Position numbers and translations under genes: made by a program. A stretch of 64,000 bases of DNA, from assembly GCF_009834535.1 (NCBI RefSeq), contig NC_045697.1, positions 106,084,001 through 106,148,000 on the forward strand, read 5' to 3'. The notes beneath the pieces were generated by a model. That model made no database searches. It was not told where the DNA came from and saw only the letters and a list, made by a program, of their open reading frames with translations. Positions 36,291-48,989 of this stretch are shown piece by piece; the first letter of the stretch is position 1, and each line of letters begins with the position of its first letter. Origin of the DNA: Camelus ferus (lineage: Eukaryota).

Positions 36291-38570
36291 ATTTTTGCTG
36301 GTATTTTTAGTTGAAGTATAGCTGACCTACAATATTTTATTTGTTTCAGGTATACCACACAGTGGTTTGACATTTGTATACATTACAAAATGATCAACAC
36401 AGTAAGTCTAGTAACTACCTGCGACCATACAAAGTTACTTGCAAAATTGTTGACTCTGTTCCCTGTGCTGTACATTGCATCCCCATGACCTTAGCTACTT
36501 ATTATAGATAGAGATTTTGTAGACATACAATTTTATTACTTTGGTTATTTAACATTTCTACTAGTTTTATAAGTGGTTGACCCATTACTTTGACTATTCA
36601 TTTGCCTTTACCAGTGAGATTGTTTTTTTCTTTTGTAATTTTCTCATTTCTAGTTGGGGCCTTTTCTTTTCCACTTCGAGAAGTCCCTTGAACACTTCTT
36701 GCAGGGCCAGTTTAGGGCTGATGAGCTCTTAATTTTTGCTTGTCTGGGAAACTCCATCTCTCCTTCAATTCTGAATGATAACCTTGCTAGGTAGGGCATT
36801 CTTGGTTGTAGGTTTTTCCCCTTTCAGCTCTTGTAATATATCATGGCCACTCCCTTCTGGCCTGAAAAGTTTCTGCTGAAAAGTCAGCTGATAGTCTTAA
36901 TGAGAGTTCCCTTGTGTGTAACTAGCTGGGTTTTTTCTTTCTTAATGCTTAAAAAAAAATCCTTTTTTTTTTTTTTCCTTTTTAATTATAATGTTTCTTG
37001 GTGTGAACCTCTTTTGTGTTCATCTTGTTTGGGGCTCTCTGTAATTCCAAGACCTAGATGTCTGTTTCTTTACCCAGGTTAGGACAGTTTTCAGCCATTA
37101 TCTTTTCAAATAAGTTCTCTGCCCCTTTCTTTCTCTTTTCCTTCCGGGGGGCCTATTATGCAAATGTTATTCTGCTTGATGTTGTCCCAGAGGTCTCTTA
37201 TTCAACTATCCTCACATTAAAAAAATCTTTTTTTACTATTCAGCTTGGGTGACTTCTACTGCTCTCAGTTAGCTGACCCATTCCTCTGTATCATCTAATT
37301 TACTATTGACTCTTCCTAGCATATTTGTTATCTCAGTTATTGTATTCTTCAGCTCTGATTGGTTCTTTTGTATATTTTCTAACTCTTTGTTAAAGTTCTC
37401 ATTGTGTTTATCTATTCCTCTCCCAAGTTCAGTGAGCATCTTTATGATCAATATCTTAAGCTCTTTATTGGGTAGACTGCTTGTCTCTGTTTTATTTAGT
37501 TGTTTTTCTGAGATTTTGTCTTGTTCTTTTGTTTGGAACATCTTTCTCTGTCTCATCATTTTGCCTATTTCTGTGAGTTTATTTTTAAATATTAGGTAGG
37601 TGTGTTACATCTCCTGAGTGGAGAAGTATTCTTATATAGGAGATATTGTATGGGGCCCAGAAGCTCATTCTCCTCTGGCCACCAGAACCATATGCTCCAG
37701 GAGTGTTCCTAGGTGGGCTGCATGCACCTTTTAGTTGCTGGTGGGGCCAACTGCTGTAGGTGTACTCATAGAGAGGCTGGCCCCTGGCCCAACTAGTTGC
37801 AAGACTCTGCCTCATGTGGTTGTTGTTGGTGCCCTCGTGGGTGGGGCATACCCCCAGAATGCCTGGTTCAGTGTAACTGTCTGGTGGTATGGAATTGCCG
37901 CAGACATGACAGTGGGCAAGGCAGGCCCCTAATATTAATAGGGAAGGTTTCAAAACGGCACCCACCAGCCCTGGTGTCAACATGGTAAAATAAGATCACA
38001 AAAATGGCTGCCACCAGCTTCTCAGCCCCTAGAGGGAGTCCTAGCTGCCTCATGCTTCTCCAGGAGACTCTCCAAGATCAGTAAGTGGGTCTGATCCAGG
38101 TGCCTTTCAAACTGCTTCCTCTGCACTGGGACTTGGAGCAAGTGAGGTTTTGTGTGTACCCCTTAAGACTGGAGTCTCAGTTTCCTAAAGTCCTCTGGCT
38201 CTCCTGACCCTAAGCTGTCCTGGTTTTCAAAGCCAGACTTTTGAAGGCTTATCTTCCCAGTGCAGGACCCTGGGATGGGGAGACTGATGTGCGCTTTGGG
38301 TCCTTTGCTCTTTGGGAGGACCTCCGTGTGTTAACCCTTCAACAGTGAGTCACCATGCTGAGGGTCTGGCCCTAGGTAGACCATGTCTACACCCCTCCCA
38401 CCCATTTCAGTGTAGCCCCTTCTTTATATCTTTAGTGGTGGAAAATAGTTTCTGCTAGTCTTCTGATCATTCTCAGAGATAGTTGCTCTGTAAGTAGGAA
38501 GTAATTTTGGTGGACTGTGGGAGGAGGTAAGTTCAAGATCCTACTTACGCTTCCCTCTTGATCCAGACTC
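36291..38570 (-). mobile_element. L1 comprising 5' UTR + ORF1 + terminal 3' UTR only (ORF2 absent)
   Basis: 5' end reads GAGTCTGGATCAAGAGGGAAGCG on minus; ORF1p remnants at 37559-37269 and 36920-36740; joined near 36490 to the 3' UTR (GTCATGGGGATGCAATGTACAGCACAGGG...TATACTTCAACTAAAAA). Confidence 0.85.
37269..37559 (-). pseudogene. L1 ORF1p N-terminal/coiled-coil fragment (disrupted)
   Basis: MMRQRKMFQTKEQDK...LPNKELKILIIKMLTEL...ENFNKELENIQKNQSELKNTITEI is typical laurasiatherian L1 ORF1p; downstream frame has the LSADFSAETFQARREW motif. Confidence 0.9.
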
Positions 38571-38639
38571 CTTACAATAATATTTTAAGCCAGAATTATG
38601 CCATTCAAGTGAAGTCATTTGAAATTTTTCCTGTTCCCT

Positions 38640-39064
38640 AAAATAATGAGGAATGCAATTTACTCCCTATGCCTGAAAGTGGCATACTCTCTTTTTTGAT
38701 GTAAAACTAGACTATACTTCCTAGTCCCCTTGCATTTAGGTGGAACCACGTGACAAATTCACTCCAGCAAAATGTGAGTAGAAGTGATATGTTCCAAGTT
38801 CAGACTGAAGTAGTCAAGAAGTGGGGATGCTTTCTCCACACTCTCTTTTTTTGTCTACTGCTTGGATGTGAAGACTGCAGTAGAGGCCCTAAAGAATGTC
38901 AAAGCTATTAAGATGGGAAAAGCCTGAATGTCTGGAAGAGTATGTGGAGCAGTATCTGCTGGCTCACACTGGACTGTGAAATGAGCAAAAATGAAGTTAT
39001 TTTTTTAAACTAATGATGTTTTGGGGATTGTTTTTCAAAGCTATTAACCTACCCAGAATGATAT
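38640..39064 (+). mobile_element. MLT1I/J-like MaLR LTR
   Basis: ACTTCCTAGTCCCCTTGCATTTAGGTGGAACCACGTGAC...AATGTGAGTAGAAGTGATATG...TGGACTGTGAAATGAGCAAAAAT...TTTGGGGATTGTTT. Confidence 0.75.
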
Positions 39065-39126
39065 ATTTCTTTGAACATAATATTCACTGGAAGAAAGCAG
39101 TTACTATAAAAGGTTGGTCTACCTAT

Positions 39127-39506
39127 TGTTGAAATAAACTTCCAGGCCCAAGGTAGAACAGCTCCTCCCCAGGGTGCCCTGTCAGCAAACCAACATTTAG
39201 ATACATTCATTGCTCCTGCAGATGTTCCATGTGACCAGAAACATCGTATATCCCATCAGTCAATCCCCAAATGCCAAGCCAGCTCTGGGCTCTATACTTA
39301 CTTCCTTGTTCCTTCTCACCCAAATAAAGTTGACTATGTGGCCCCAGCCAATCAGATATCATCTATTTTCTCTACTTTGTTCTTTATTTTTTATCCTGTG
39401 AATGTTTCCTGCCTTCTGTACCATTTTGGAGTTCTCTGAAACAAGACCGTCCACTTCATGAAGTGTTAAAGTTTGTTTGTGTCACCTGGATTGTCTTCTT
39501 TAGTCA
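39127..39506 (+). mobile_element. Old ERV1-class LTR (MER110-like)
   Basis: TGTTGAAATAAACTTCCAGGCCCAAGGTAGAACAGCTCC start; CAGCCAATCAG; TTCATGAAGTGTTAAAGTTTG near end. Confidence 0.45.
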
Positions 39507-41403
39507 ATTTTTAGCACAATTAAAGTTTTCATAATTCAGATTTGTATAAAAGTATACTGCATATTCTTAAGCACTATGCAAATCTACTATCTTTTTGTTA
39601 TCAACAATATCAATAGAAATATTAATAATTACACAGAATTCAGTATTTCAATTGTGTGTTTTAGACTGGAAGTTAGGAAAAGGAGTGTGGAAAAATTTCC
39701 TTATATCTGAATTTTCTGAAAAGTAGTCGATGTTGCAGGATCATGGAAGTTTGGCTTTCAACTACTCTAATAGCTGCATTTATTTAGAAAAATATAGATT
39801 TATGTTTTTAAACATAAGACATAGATAATTTAAAAGATGTAACAAACCTGAATCTTTTGTTATTTCCGTTTTTTTTTTTTTTTCTTAATGCACTTTTATT
39901 TAATTTGGCTTAGCTGTTTTAAAGATTGGATAACTCTAGTCAGGAGTGTTTAAGAACTCAGCTGGGTCACAGGAACTTTCTGCACCACTCCATTCTAGTT
40001 TGCAGTTTTGCTATAATAAAAGCCCTAAATATATTGCTACTGTCTAGACGTTTTATCTGAAACAAGTGTCCTTTGTAGTCTCAGAGGACTTTTCCATTTT
40101 ATTTCCAGTAAATCAAAGTCTGTGAAGAGCTTCGGTTCTTATTAAGACATACCCTTCACAGTCCAGTGATTGCCAACAGTGGCAAGCCATTGACAGTTCA
40201 TTTACATATAAGTGATGACTTCCATCAGGTAGTTGGCTCAAAAATACAATGGACATTTAGAGCATATCCAATATTTCTTGTTCTTTGATGAGCACCAAGT
40301 GCCAATTTTTATATAGAAACTGACTATTGAGAACCGAAGGCTTCTTTTCACTGACCTTACCCTGTCTTCTAAAGCTCCAGAGTGACATGTTGCCACTGCT
40401 TAATGTAGGCTTACACTTCGAAAAGACATTCAATAGCCCTAGTTCAGTCTAAAAATCAAGAATAGTCAAATGTAGAAAATATGAAATAAGAAAAGACATA
40501 CATTTTTAAAGGAGGAATAAATTTCTTCTGTGTCTTGGCCCCAACTGTCATAACCATAATTTAATTTTTATATTTTATTTTTATAAGGTAATTTGATATT
40601 ATTTTAATACTAATTGTTTTTCCCTTATGAATATTTTTACCATTTGAAATAGTGACACTCAATACACAATACTCATTAAAAAATCTTATATTTTGGTTTG
40701 TAAGTGCTTTTCATTCATATCCTATGTTTTGCTCCCAATTTTCTGGAACAGTGATGGCAGAAATCTAGCCAAATTTTTATCCTAATAATGCTATAAAAAG
40801 CAGCAGGCTGATGATCTGTTACCATGCTGGGACTCAACTTACATGTGATTTTTTTTTCCCTTTTAATTTTGCATTTTCTAGCTTTTTTTCAGTATTGAAA
40901 TAAAGACAAATTTTTCTCTTTAAAATGAGACGTCCTCAACTAGCAACAGGGACAATATGGATCATTAAATTTCACAGATAAGCTAACCTCTACATTTTAG
41001 CTATTAATCACTTTTTCCCCTTATCAAATATTTCACTACTAATGTTTTGTGATTAGAAGTGTCAGCATGTTTTTTAGTTCAGCGAGGTCCTGGTTTTGGT
41101 GAGGCCCTGACTTAACATGATTCTTGTAATTGGCTTTTTAAAATATTTCATTCTGATAATTTCCACATTTATAGTGAAATCATTGCATGAAGTACACCGA
41201 GAGATTTCCTTTTAAACCAAAGTGTCTATTTCAGAAGTAATAGATCAGGGTAAGAATTGAAAAAAAAATGGGACACCTGTCAGGTAATTCCTGCTTCTCT
41301 ATTCATATCTAGTCACTATGCTGTTCCCTCAACTATACTGCTCCTTAACTTATTTCTCCAATCCCATTCACAGGTGGAGGCAGGCAGGGATGAATAATGA
41401 ATA

Positions 41404-41433
41404 GATGGATGGATGGATGGATGGATGGATGGA
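41404..41433 (+). repeat. (GATG)n tetranucleotide microsatellite
   Basis: GATGGATGGATG... direct reading. Confidence 0.9.
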
Positions 41434-42041
41434 CTGACTAGATCAAATTAAATTTAAGATTCTTACAGGACTGGTGTTAGTCACTGTGCTTCAGATCTTT
41501 CCTAAACTAAGACAGGTAACTCAGGAATACTGTATATTGACTCTCAGTTTTTCACTTAAGAGTGAACAATAAGAATAAGAAAAATATAATATGATGACTA
41601 AACTAATCAAAAAATATTTTAAAACATATTTTGAGAAACCATTTCCAAAAAAATGTGAGTTTTTACAAATAGGAATCTTGAAGTTTCTTTATGGCATTTA
41701 TTGGCACTGGAACAAACCAAATTTAAATCCAATAAAAGGGATACTTGATACTATGTGATTTCAACTTCACTATGATAAAACAGGTTGTCTCTTATAAAAA
41801 AACAAATCCAATGAATGGTTCATCCAAAGATATTTAGTAATTATAGACTGACTTGTTGAAATTCTTCTTTGGATATGTAAAAAGATGACTGTCCTTTTCC
41901 CTTTTGATACAGAATTAATCCATAGCCAATATTAATCTATGTTTTTGGGTAGACAGGTTCAACTTTTAAGGTAATGACATTGTATTGAAAACATTACTTC
42001 TCACGATAAATAATGTTGTCTCATTTTCCTTTCTCTCATAG

Positions 42042-42107
42042 ATCTGGCCACTAACTTTCCTGACAATCCGGATGTTAGCTCTTTTGAGTACTGGATGTCC
42101 ACTCACT
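42042..42107 (+). other. Candidate exon (66 nt)
   Basis: Strong acceptor TTGTCTCATTTTCCTTTCTCTCATAG and donor ACT|GTAAGA in unique sequence. Confidence 0.35.
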
Positions 42108-43289
42108 GTAAGACAAAATATATAATTACATTAATAAATTTTCAATTATATGAGAGAATGTATCATGCTTCTGAAATCATAAAATACTGTAGGAAATCAG
42201 TTATGGTTATGCTAGAACAAAGATTTGACTTGGACACATTTCCTTCAGCTGTTTTGTGTTACAGTATGTATTATGCCAAGAGATTCAGCAAGAATTAATG
42301 TTGGACCAAAGAGTTGAATGAAAGGATAGCAGAATCTAGATTCCACCAATATACGGCATTCATAAAATAAATTAGATGCAACCATAAGAACCATGTTGAG
42401 CAACAGTATTTACCATAGGAACAACAGTACTGAAAATTTTTGCATTACAACAGAATCAGTTCTGATACTGATATTCAAATCAATACAAAGCACTATTTGT
42501 ATAGATGGCTTGTACTTCATTCATCTTTATGTATAAAATGACTTCAAATAAGAAATAGAGCTGTAGATTTACTGCAGATATCATTTTACACAGCACTAAT
42601 TTATAGATACAGTAGTATATTTTGCCCTTTAAGACCTATCATTGTTATTAAACAAAAACACAGCCAACTACCAAAAATCAATTAAAGTTATGAGAAGAAC
42701 ACTCCTCATAACCAAAAGAAAATGACTTGATGTGTTGTAAAAGAAGAAGTTGGGCATTGTTGTTTTTACATTTATCTATATTGTCATTAGATAAAGAACA
42801 AGGCTTATAATAACAAACCTAAATTAGACTATATTCAGAATATTTATAAAATAATTAGCATTAGTAATTATCATTGAAGGTTTGACTATAGGGAAAGGCA
42901 ATCACCAATTGGTGTTTTAATACAGTAGTTATACAAGATAAATGTGTTAGTTCTAAAGATGAGATCTTAGAATAACATTATTTCCTTTTGCAGCTTTTTC
43001 TGGTAATATGCAATATCAACCAAACATTTCATCAGACAGAAGATAGCTGAAATATAGGATTACTCAATGCGGTAAAATAGAAGAAAAAGTGCATATAATG
43101 GTCCAAGCTCTTGTTCTTATACATTTGTGAATAAATCCAAATTTAAAACTCAATCTTAATTTCCTTATTTTTGAAATGGGGATAATATCTATCTTGTCTT
43201 GTCGTTGAAATGATCCAAAGACATATATTAAGAGAAATATGTGTAATAATAATGTATTAATATTGACTCATCAATTATAACAAATAGTG

Positions 43290-43420
43290 ATAGGGAACAG
43301 GAGGAGGGGGTTGCAGGTAGGAGGGTATATGACAACACTCTGTACTTTCCACCAATATTTCTGTAAACCTAAAGCTCCTCAAAACCATAAATAAATAAAT
43401 AAAGTCTATTAGCTAAAAAT
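43290..43420 (+). mobile_element. Old L1 (L1MB/MC) 3' terminal fragment
   Basis: GAGGGTATATGACAACACTCTGTACTTTCCACCAATATTTCTGTAAACCTAAAGCT...AAAGTCTATTA. Confidence 0.75.
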
Positions 43421-43428
43421 AAAGATAT

Positions 43429-43562
43429 GGGGGGTATAGCTCAGTGGTAGAGTGTGTGCCTAGCAAGCACAAGGTCCTGGATTCAATCCCCAGTACCTCT
43501 GTTAAATAAACAAACAAACAAATAAATAAATCCTAATTACCCCCACCATACCCCCCAAAAAC
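43429..43562 (+). mobile_element. tRNA-derived SINE (Vic-1-like)
   Basis: GGGGGGTATAGCTCAGTGGTAGAGTGTGTGCCTAGCAAGCACAAGGTCCTGGATTCAATCCCCAGTACCTC plus tail with CCTAATTACCCCC, same family as 20927. Confidence 0.9.
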
Positions 43563-43654
43563 ACACAGTGTTATATGTCAACTATGTCTCAATAAAACTG
43601 GAAGGAAAAAACAAGAATGATTAAAACATCTACAAATAGATAAAGTAAAAGATT

Positions 43655-44465
43655 GTGTGAGATACCAGAAAATGTATATATTTTGGTCTGTGCCCCCAGT
43701 TCCTGACACAGGGCTCCTAAAATGCTTGTAAAAATGCTAGTGAGAAAAGCACTAGGAGCATCCTTTGTTTTAATGACGTGACTCTGGGTGGGCTCCCGGA
43801 TAGCTACTGGATAGGGGCTGATCACCAGGAAGACCAAGCCATGATTAGAAGCTTGGAACTTTTAGCCCTCTCCCCTCCACACTCCTCTAGGGAAGGTCAG
43901 GGGCTAGAAATGGACTTAATGGTCCATCATGCCTATGGGATAAAGCCTCTATAAAAATCCCAGTAGTATGGAGTTCAGAAAGCTTCCAGGTAAATGAAAA
44001 CATCCTGTACTAGGAGGGTGATGCCAGAGGCACAGAAGTCCAGGACTCTCCATGATCTCACCCTACATATCTCTTCAACTGGCTGTTCATCTTACCCTTT
44101 ATCGTATCCTTTAATAAACTGGTAAATGTAAGTAAGTGTTTCACTGAGTTCTGTGAGCTGCTCTAGCAAATTAATAAAACCTGGGGAGGGGTCATGAGAA
44201 CCTCTGATTTGTAGCCAAGTTGGACAGTTGTGGGTAACTTGATGACCTGCTACTTTCAATTTGCACCTGAAGTGGGGGATAGTCTCCTGGGATGGAACAC
44301 TTAACCTGTGGGATCTGATGCTATCTCCACGTAGATTGTGTCAGAATTGAATTAAATTGTAGGACACCCAGCTTGAGTCAGAGAATTGCTTGTTGGTGTG
44401 GAAAAAAAATCCCACATATTGGAACTGGTGACCAGAATCTTAGCTGGTGATCAGAAGTGAGACTG
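43655..44465 (+). mobile_element. MER21B-like solo LTR
   Basis: GGTCTGTGCCCCCAGTTCCTGACACAGGGCTCCTAAAA...AAGACCAAGCCATGATTAGAAGCTTGGAACTTT...AATAAACTGGTAAATGTAAGTAAGTGTTTC...GTCAGAATTGAATTAAATTGTAGGACACCCAGCT. Confidence 0.85.
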
Positions 44466-44751
44466 ATAGGGTCAGGGGGAGGGATAAATTAGGAGTTTGG
44501 GATTCACAGATACACACCACTACATATAAAATAGATAAACAACAAGGATCTATTGTATAACACAGGAAACTATATTCAATATCCTATAATAACCTATAAA
44601 GGAAAAGAATCTGAAAAAGAATATATATCTATATCTATCTATCTATATATGTATATATAGATATGTATAATTGAATCACTTTGCTATATACCTGAAACTA
44701 ATACAACATTGTAAATCAACTATACTTCAATTAAATTAAAAAAAAAAAAAA
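44466..44751 (+). mobile_element. 5'-truncated cetartiodactyl-type L1 3' end with poly(A) and TSD
   Basis: GGGAGGGATAAATTAGGAGTTTGGGATTCACAGATACAC...CTGAAACTAATACAACATTGTAAATCAACTATACTTCAAT(A)n; TSD AGAAGTGAGACTG (44453-44465) / AGAAATGAGACTG (44752-44764). Confidence 0.92.
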
Positions 44752-45157
44752 AGAAATGAGACTGGGAGCAGAATCCGAAATTGTATAATTTGTTATTTCA
44801 TAAATATTTCAATTAAATAAAGGATAATTTAATTTCAGGAAGGATAAAAATACAAGTATACATGATATATTTTTAATCTTTCAAAGTAAACATTCTTGAC
44901 CTTCATTTCTGTCATATGGTGGAACAGATTCAGAGAACAATCTTTTTGATTAAAACAAGTCAAATCCTGAATAAAATATTAAATGTGTTTTAATTGTATT
45001 GCTAAACTGGCAGAGAAGGAATAAAATGCAGGGGCTGATTTTTTTTTTTAAAGTGAGGAGCCCAGCATGAGACCACAATGCAGGGCTGAGGCCCCAGAGG
45101 GCTACACTAGGACAGTAGGTGGGATAATACTGAAAAATACAAAAAGAGCGAGAGGAG

Positions 45158-45203
45158 AAAAGGGAAAGGAAGGGAAGGGAAAGGAAGGGAAGGGAAGGGA
45201 AGG
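45158..45203 (+). repeat. (GGGAA/GGAA)n polypurine repeat
   Basis: Direct reading. Confidence 0.8.
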
Positions 45204-47346
45204 AGAATCAAAGAGAAAACCTCAAAGAAGGGTACAGCAAGGAACCTTTCCCATTTCTATGAGGCTGCGTGGATGAACCAGAGGCTCAAAGCTGCCATTG
45301 GCTTGTTCTTCCAGTTCATACCACCTGTGTGGTCCAAAATACCTTAAATAAATTTATAATTTGTTGAGCACCAAGAATCAATGAAAAACCTCTCTAGAAG
45401 AAAGCAACTTCAACCAAGGTCTTTAGTATATATTATAGAAACGTATTTTATTAAATCCCTATATGTTACAATTAGTTTTAAATGGAAAAGCAGGTTACAA
45501 AGCAGTATCTACAATATGATCCCAGTTTTATAAAAATTACATGCATAGGAAAACATGTATAGTATTAAATACCAAGATATTAACAAGGATGAAATTATAA
45601 TTTAGCTTTAGTTCTTTTCACTTATCCATATTTTCAACAGATGTTATTTATGTAAAATAACATTAAATATTTTCAAATATCTAGATTAGAATAATAGCAA
45701 AAAGGTTTTTTGTAGATAATGTATAAATTTTTATATTTTTATTGTAGACAATGAATAAATAATCAGAAGTTAGATCTTTGTTTATACTTCAGGAAATTTG
45801 AAGAAATGATTTCAAATTGGGAAAATGTTCAAATAAAAATAGATAGTATGCTTAATATTCATGTAAGAGTCTGTATTTTCAGAAAAAGGACGCTAAATTT
45901 TTCTCAAAGGCTCAAAGTATGCTTCGGCCCTCTGTTTTCTTTTAAATCATCTCCATGGTTTTATGTTCACAATTCTATTTTATGATTTTTCATGCCATTT
46001 CCCTGACCTACTCAAGGTTATTCTACACTATTGGTTACTTCCTGTGGGTGTTTCAAAATGAAGTCTTTGTAGAGCAAGTTGGAAAGAAAACAAACACAGA
46101 TTATGTTAGAAAATAAAATACACATTTATGTCATTGAGTGTATACTGAATCCTATTTGTTCAGGTTCGTGCAAAGTGCTATGAGGTGATGTAAAGAGCAC
46201 TAGCAGAGAACCTTCTGGGTCTCTATTTCTTAATCCAGCAATAAACCTCAAAAAAGCAAAAAAAAAAATGCAATTATTATGCTACTCATAGAGATTTATT
46301 AGTTTTTAAAAAATGAAAGTATCTACTTAACAGGGCCCTGCCCACCAGAAAATTAGCACAGACAATACAGAGCAAAAATATGTCCTGGATGATGCACTTC
46401 ATATTTAAGTGGTTACATCTGATGGTCATATATAGCAAGGGTACAAAGTTTGAACCTAAGTTTTGTGCACCTTAGGATTTCAAACAGAGGTATGTCTAAG
46501 AAAACTGGGAGAGTAAATCCTCTAGTGATCTCTCTGCAAAGAAAGACCAAGAAAACTTCTCGGGGAAAAATTCTTAATATGGGAAGAATGAGTTGAATAT
46601 TTTCACCTTGGTTCAACAGGACACTGGCAGTTGGCAGGAATGAGTGGGTTGAGGTACTCTGAGGCTGCTCTTGCTAAGATGATTTTGCCTAGACTCTCCA
46701 CTCCATTCTCCCCACCCTCCCACCTCTCCTTCCCTCAAGGAGATTCTGGCCTGTAATCTCATGAGAGGAAGACCCAAGTGAGAAGATGACAGAGTTGAAA
46801 GAGCTATTTTCCTACACCATGATATTTGAATACTGAGAGCACAGGGCATCAGTGCTCTAAGACTGAGGGAACTGGGGTACAAAGGCTTCTCCCTTTAGCA
46901 GGTTGGCTTAGGCCCATGTGGAATTAGCACAGCGTGGTCTGGACAGATGCTTGTGGCAATAGCAACAGCAATACTTTCACCAGGCTTCCTGAGCTTCAGA
47001 GTGACAGCAACAAACAGCACCGGAACGGGCTGGGGGGCAATTTTATGTTGCAGCCTAGAGTGGTGTATTTATGAGCACATGTGCAATATCCTAGTAGAAT
47101 TACTAGAAATAACTACAGTTACGGGGGTTGCTTTCAAAGTGACAAGAGGTTGCAAAAAGCAGGTAGAAAACTCTGTGTGCCATTATTTTTTGTGAGTATG
47201 TATGTATCCACATATATATGTGTGTGTATGTATATAGTTTTGAAATATTAAAGGTTTTCTCCCCATTCCTCACTATTCCTAGCTCCTGACTCTGCCATTT
47301 AGGCACCAGTAATGACTTCCTTGAGGGTGACTGAAAATAATCACCT

Positions 47347-47755
47347 CTAAAGGGAAGAAGATGTAACAATTGTAAAATTATATGCAACCAACACAGGAGC
47401 ACCTCAATATATAAGGCAACTGTTGACAGACATAAAAGGAGAAATTGACAGTAACACAATAATAACGGGGGACATTAACACCCACTTACATCAATGGACA
47501 GATCATCCAAACAGAAAATCAATAAGGAAACACAGGTCTTAAATGACACATTAAGCCAGATGGACTTAATTGATATTTAAAGAGCATTCCATCTGAAAGC
47601 AGCAGAATACACATTCTTCTCAAGTGCACATGGAACATTCTCCAGAATAGATCACATGCTGGCCCACAAAGCAAGCCTTGGTAAATTTAAAAAAAGTGAA
47701 ATCATAAGAAGCATCTTTTCTGACCACAACGCTATGAGATTAGAAATCAACTACA
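47347..47755 (+). mobile_element. Isolated L1 ORF2 endonuclease-domain fragment with perfect 15-bp TSD
   Basis: Translates (1 frameshift, 1 stop) EEDVTIVKLYATNTGAPQYIRQLLTDIKGEIDSNTIITGDINT..MDRSSKQKINKET..EYTFFSSAHGTFSRIDHML..IFSDHNAMRLEINY; TSD TGAAAATAATCACCT at 47332-47346 and 47756-47770. Confidence 0.92.
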
Positions 47756-48989
47756 TGAAAATAATCACCTAATTTCTGATGCTTATCAATTTTGAACCAA
47801 GGGGAAATTATAAATAGCTAGTAAATATTCTATTCTAGAGTTTTTTTAAATGATCAGCTCTCTCTTTTGCAATCTGTAAAAAAAAAAAGGAAAATATATA
47901 GCTACTTAATAAACATAGCTATTTAAAAAGAAGCAAATAATTTTGTGACATTCCATATATGCACTGCCCTCAAGCAGAAAAATCTTAGAACAAAGAGACA
48001 ACTGTATTTCAAGAAAGAGGTTTTAAAATGCAAAACTATAGCAATATTTTCTAAAGGAAAACTTCTACTTGAAAGAGTATGGTTTTGCTTAGAATGTGCA
48101 ACATTTGGGGGATTCAAGAAACCAGAATCTGAAGAACTTAGCACATGGAGCCATATGGCAAGGAAAATTGTGTGATGACGGGAGAACCCTTTCCAACTTA
48201 CAGAATTTGACTAACAGACTGATGGAGGAATGAAAGAGGAAATAGTGATGAACTCTTGAAAAAGGGCCAGTCACTCTATGCCCTGGTATTTTGCCCTGGG
48301 GGAGCAGAAAATGGGAAGCCTCAACGATAAAAAGCACATATAGTTTGCAGAACAATCTGGGAGTTTGTTGAAGGGAGCTGTAAACTGCTTAGAAATCACC
48401 TTGTGACCAAAATGGTGCTTTAGCAATAGCTGTGGGTGGTCCTCGGTGGTGGCTCTGCAGCCTTTCAGAACAAACTGCAGCCCAGTGTGATGCGAAGAGC
48501 GCAACTGAGATTCAGAGTATCCCAGGGGAGCATGGGAATTCTGAGAAGGCTCTCTCACCTAACAACGCCTAAGGTCAGGATAGGGAGCAAACTAAGTTTA
48601 TGACCTTCACTACTGGGGCTACAGCAGACATTAAGACTAGAGGCTAGTGAATGGCTCCCAAGGCCCAGGTGGCATGATTTACACCACAGGTGGTCAGCAA
48701 GGAGAAGAGATCACATTGAGGATGACTCTCATGAGATGAAAGAAAATTAGAGAGCAGGCCTGTTATAAATGGGCTCCTGGCACAAAGTAAGTAACAATAA
48801 AGGACAAAATTAGGTGGCATATATAAACAATAGAGTAGCATAAAAACACAAAGATAGAAAAGTAGCTTATAGAATACTGATATGAAAGAAGTCCATCTAG
48901 TTACTAATAGGTAAATATTTTTTTCCATGTGAAAGACTTGACTAAATACTGTACAATCAGGAAATACAAGTTTCGTCAAAAATCAGTGA

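Noticed and set aside
37585..38053. Overlapping ORFs (up to 132 aa) as ORF0-like or novel genes
   Set aside because: GC-richer L1 5' UTR yields chance ORFs on both strands; non-ATG starts and no recognisable motif
6350..44465. Two same-orientation MER21 LTRs as ends of one provirus
   Set aside because: 37 kb apart, clearly diverged with different internal indels, and no adjoining internal ERV sequence; independent solo LTRs
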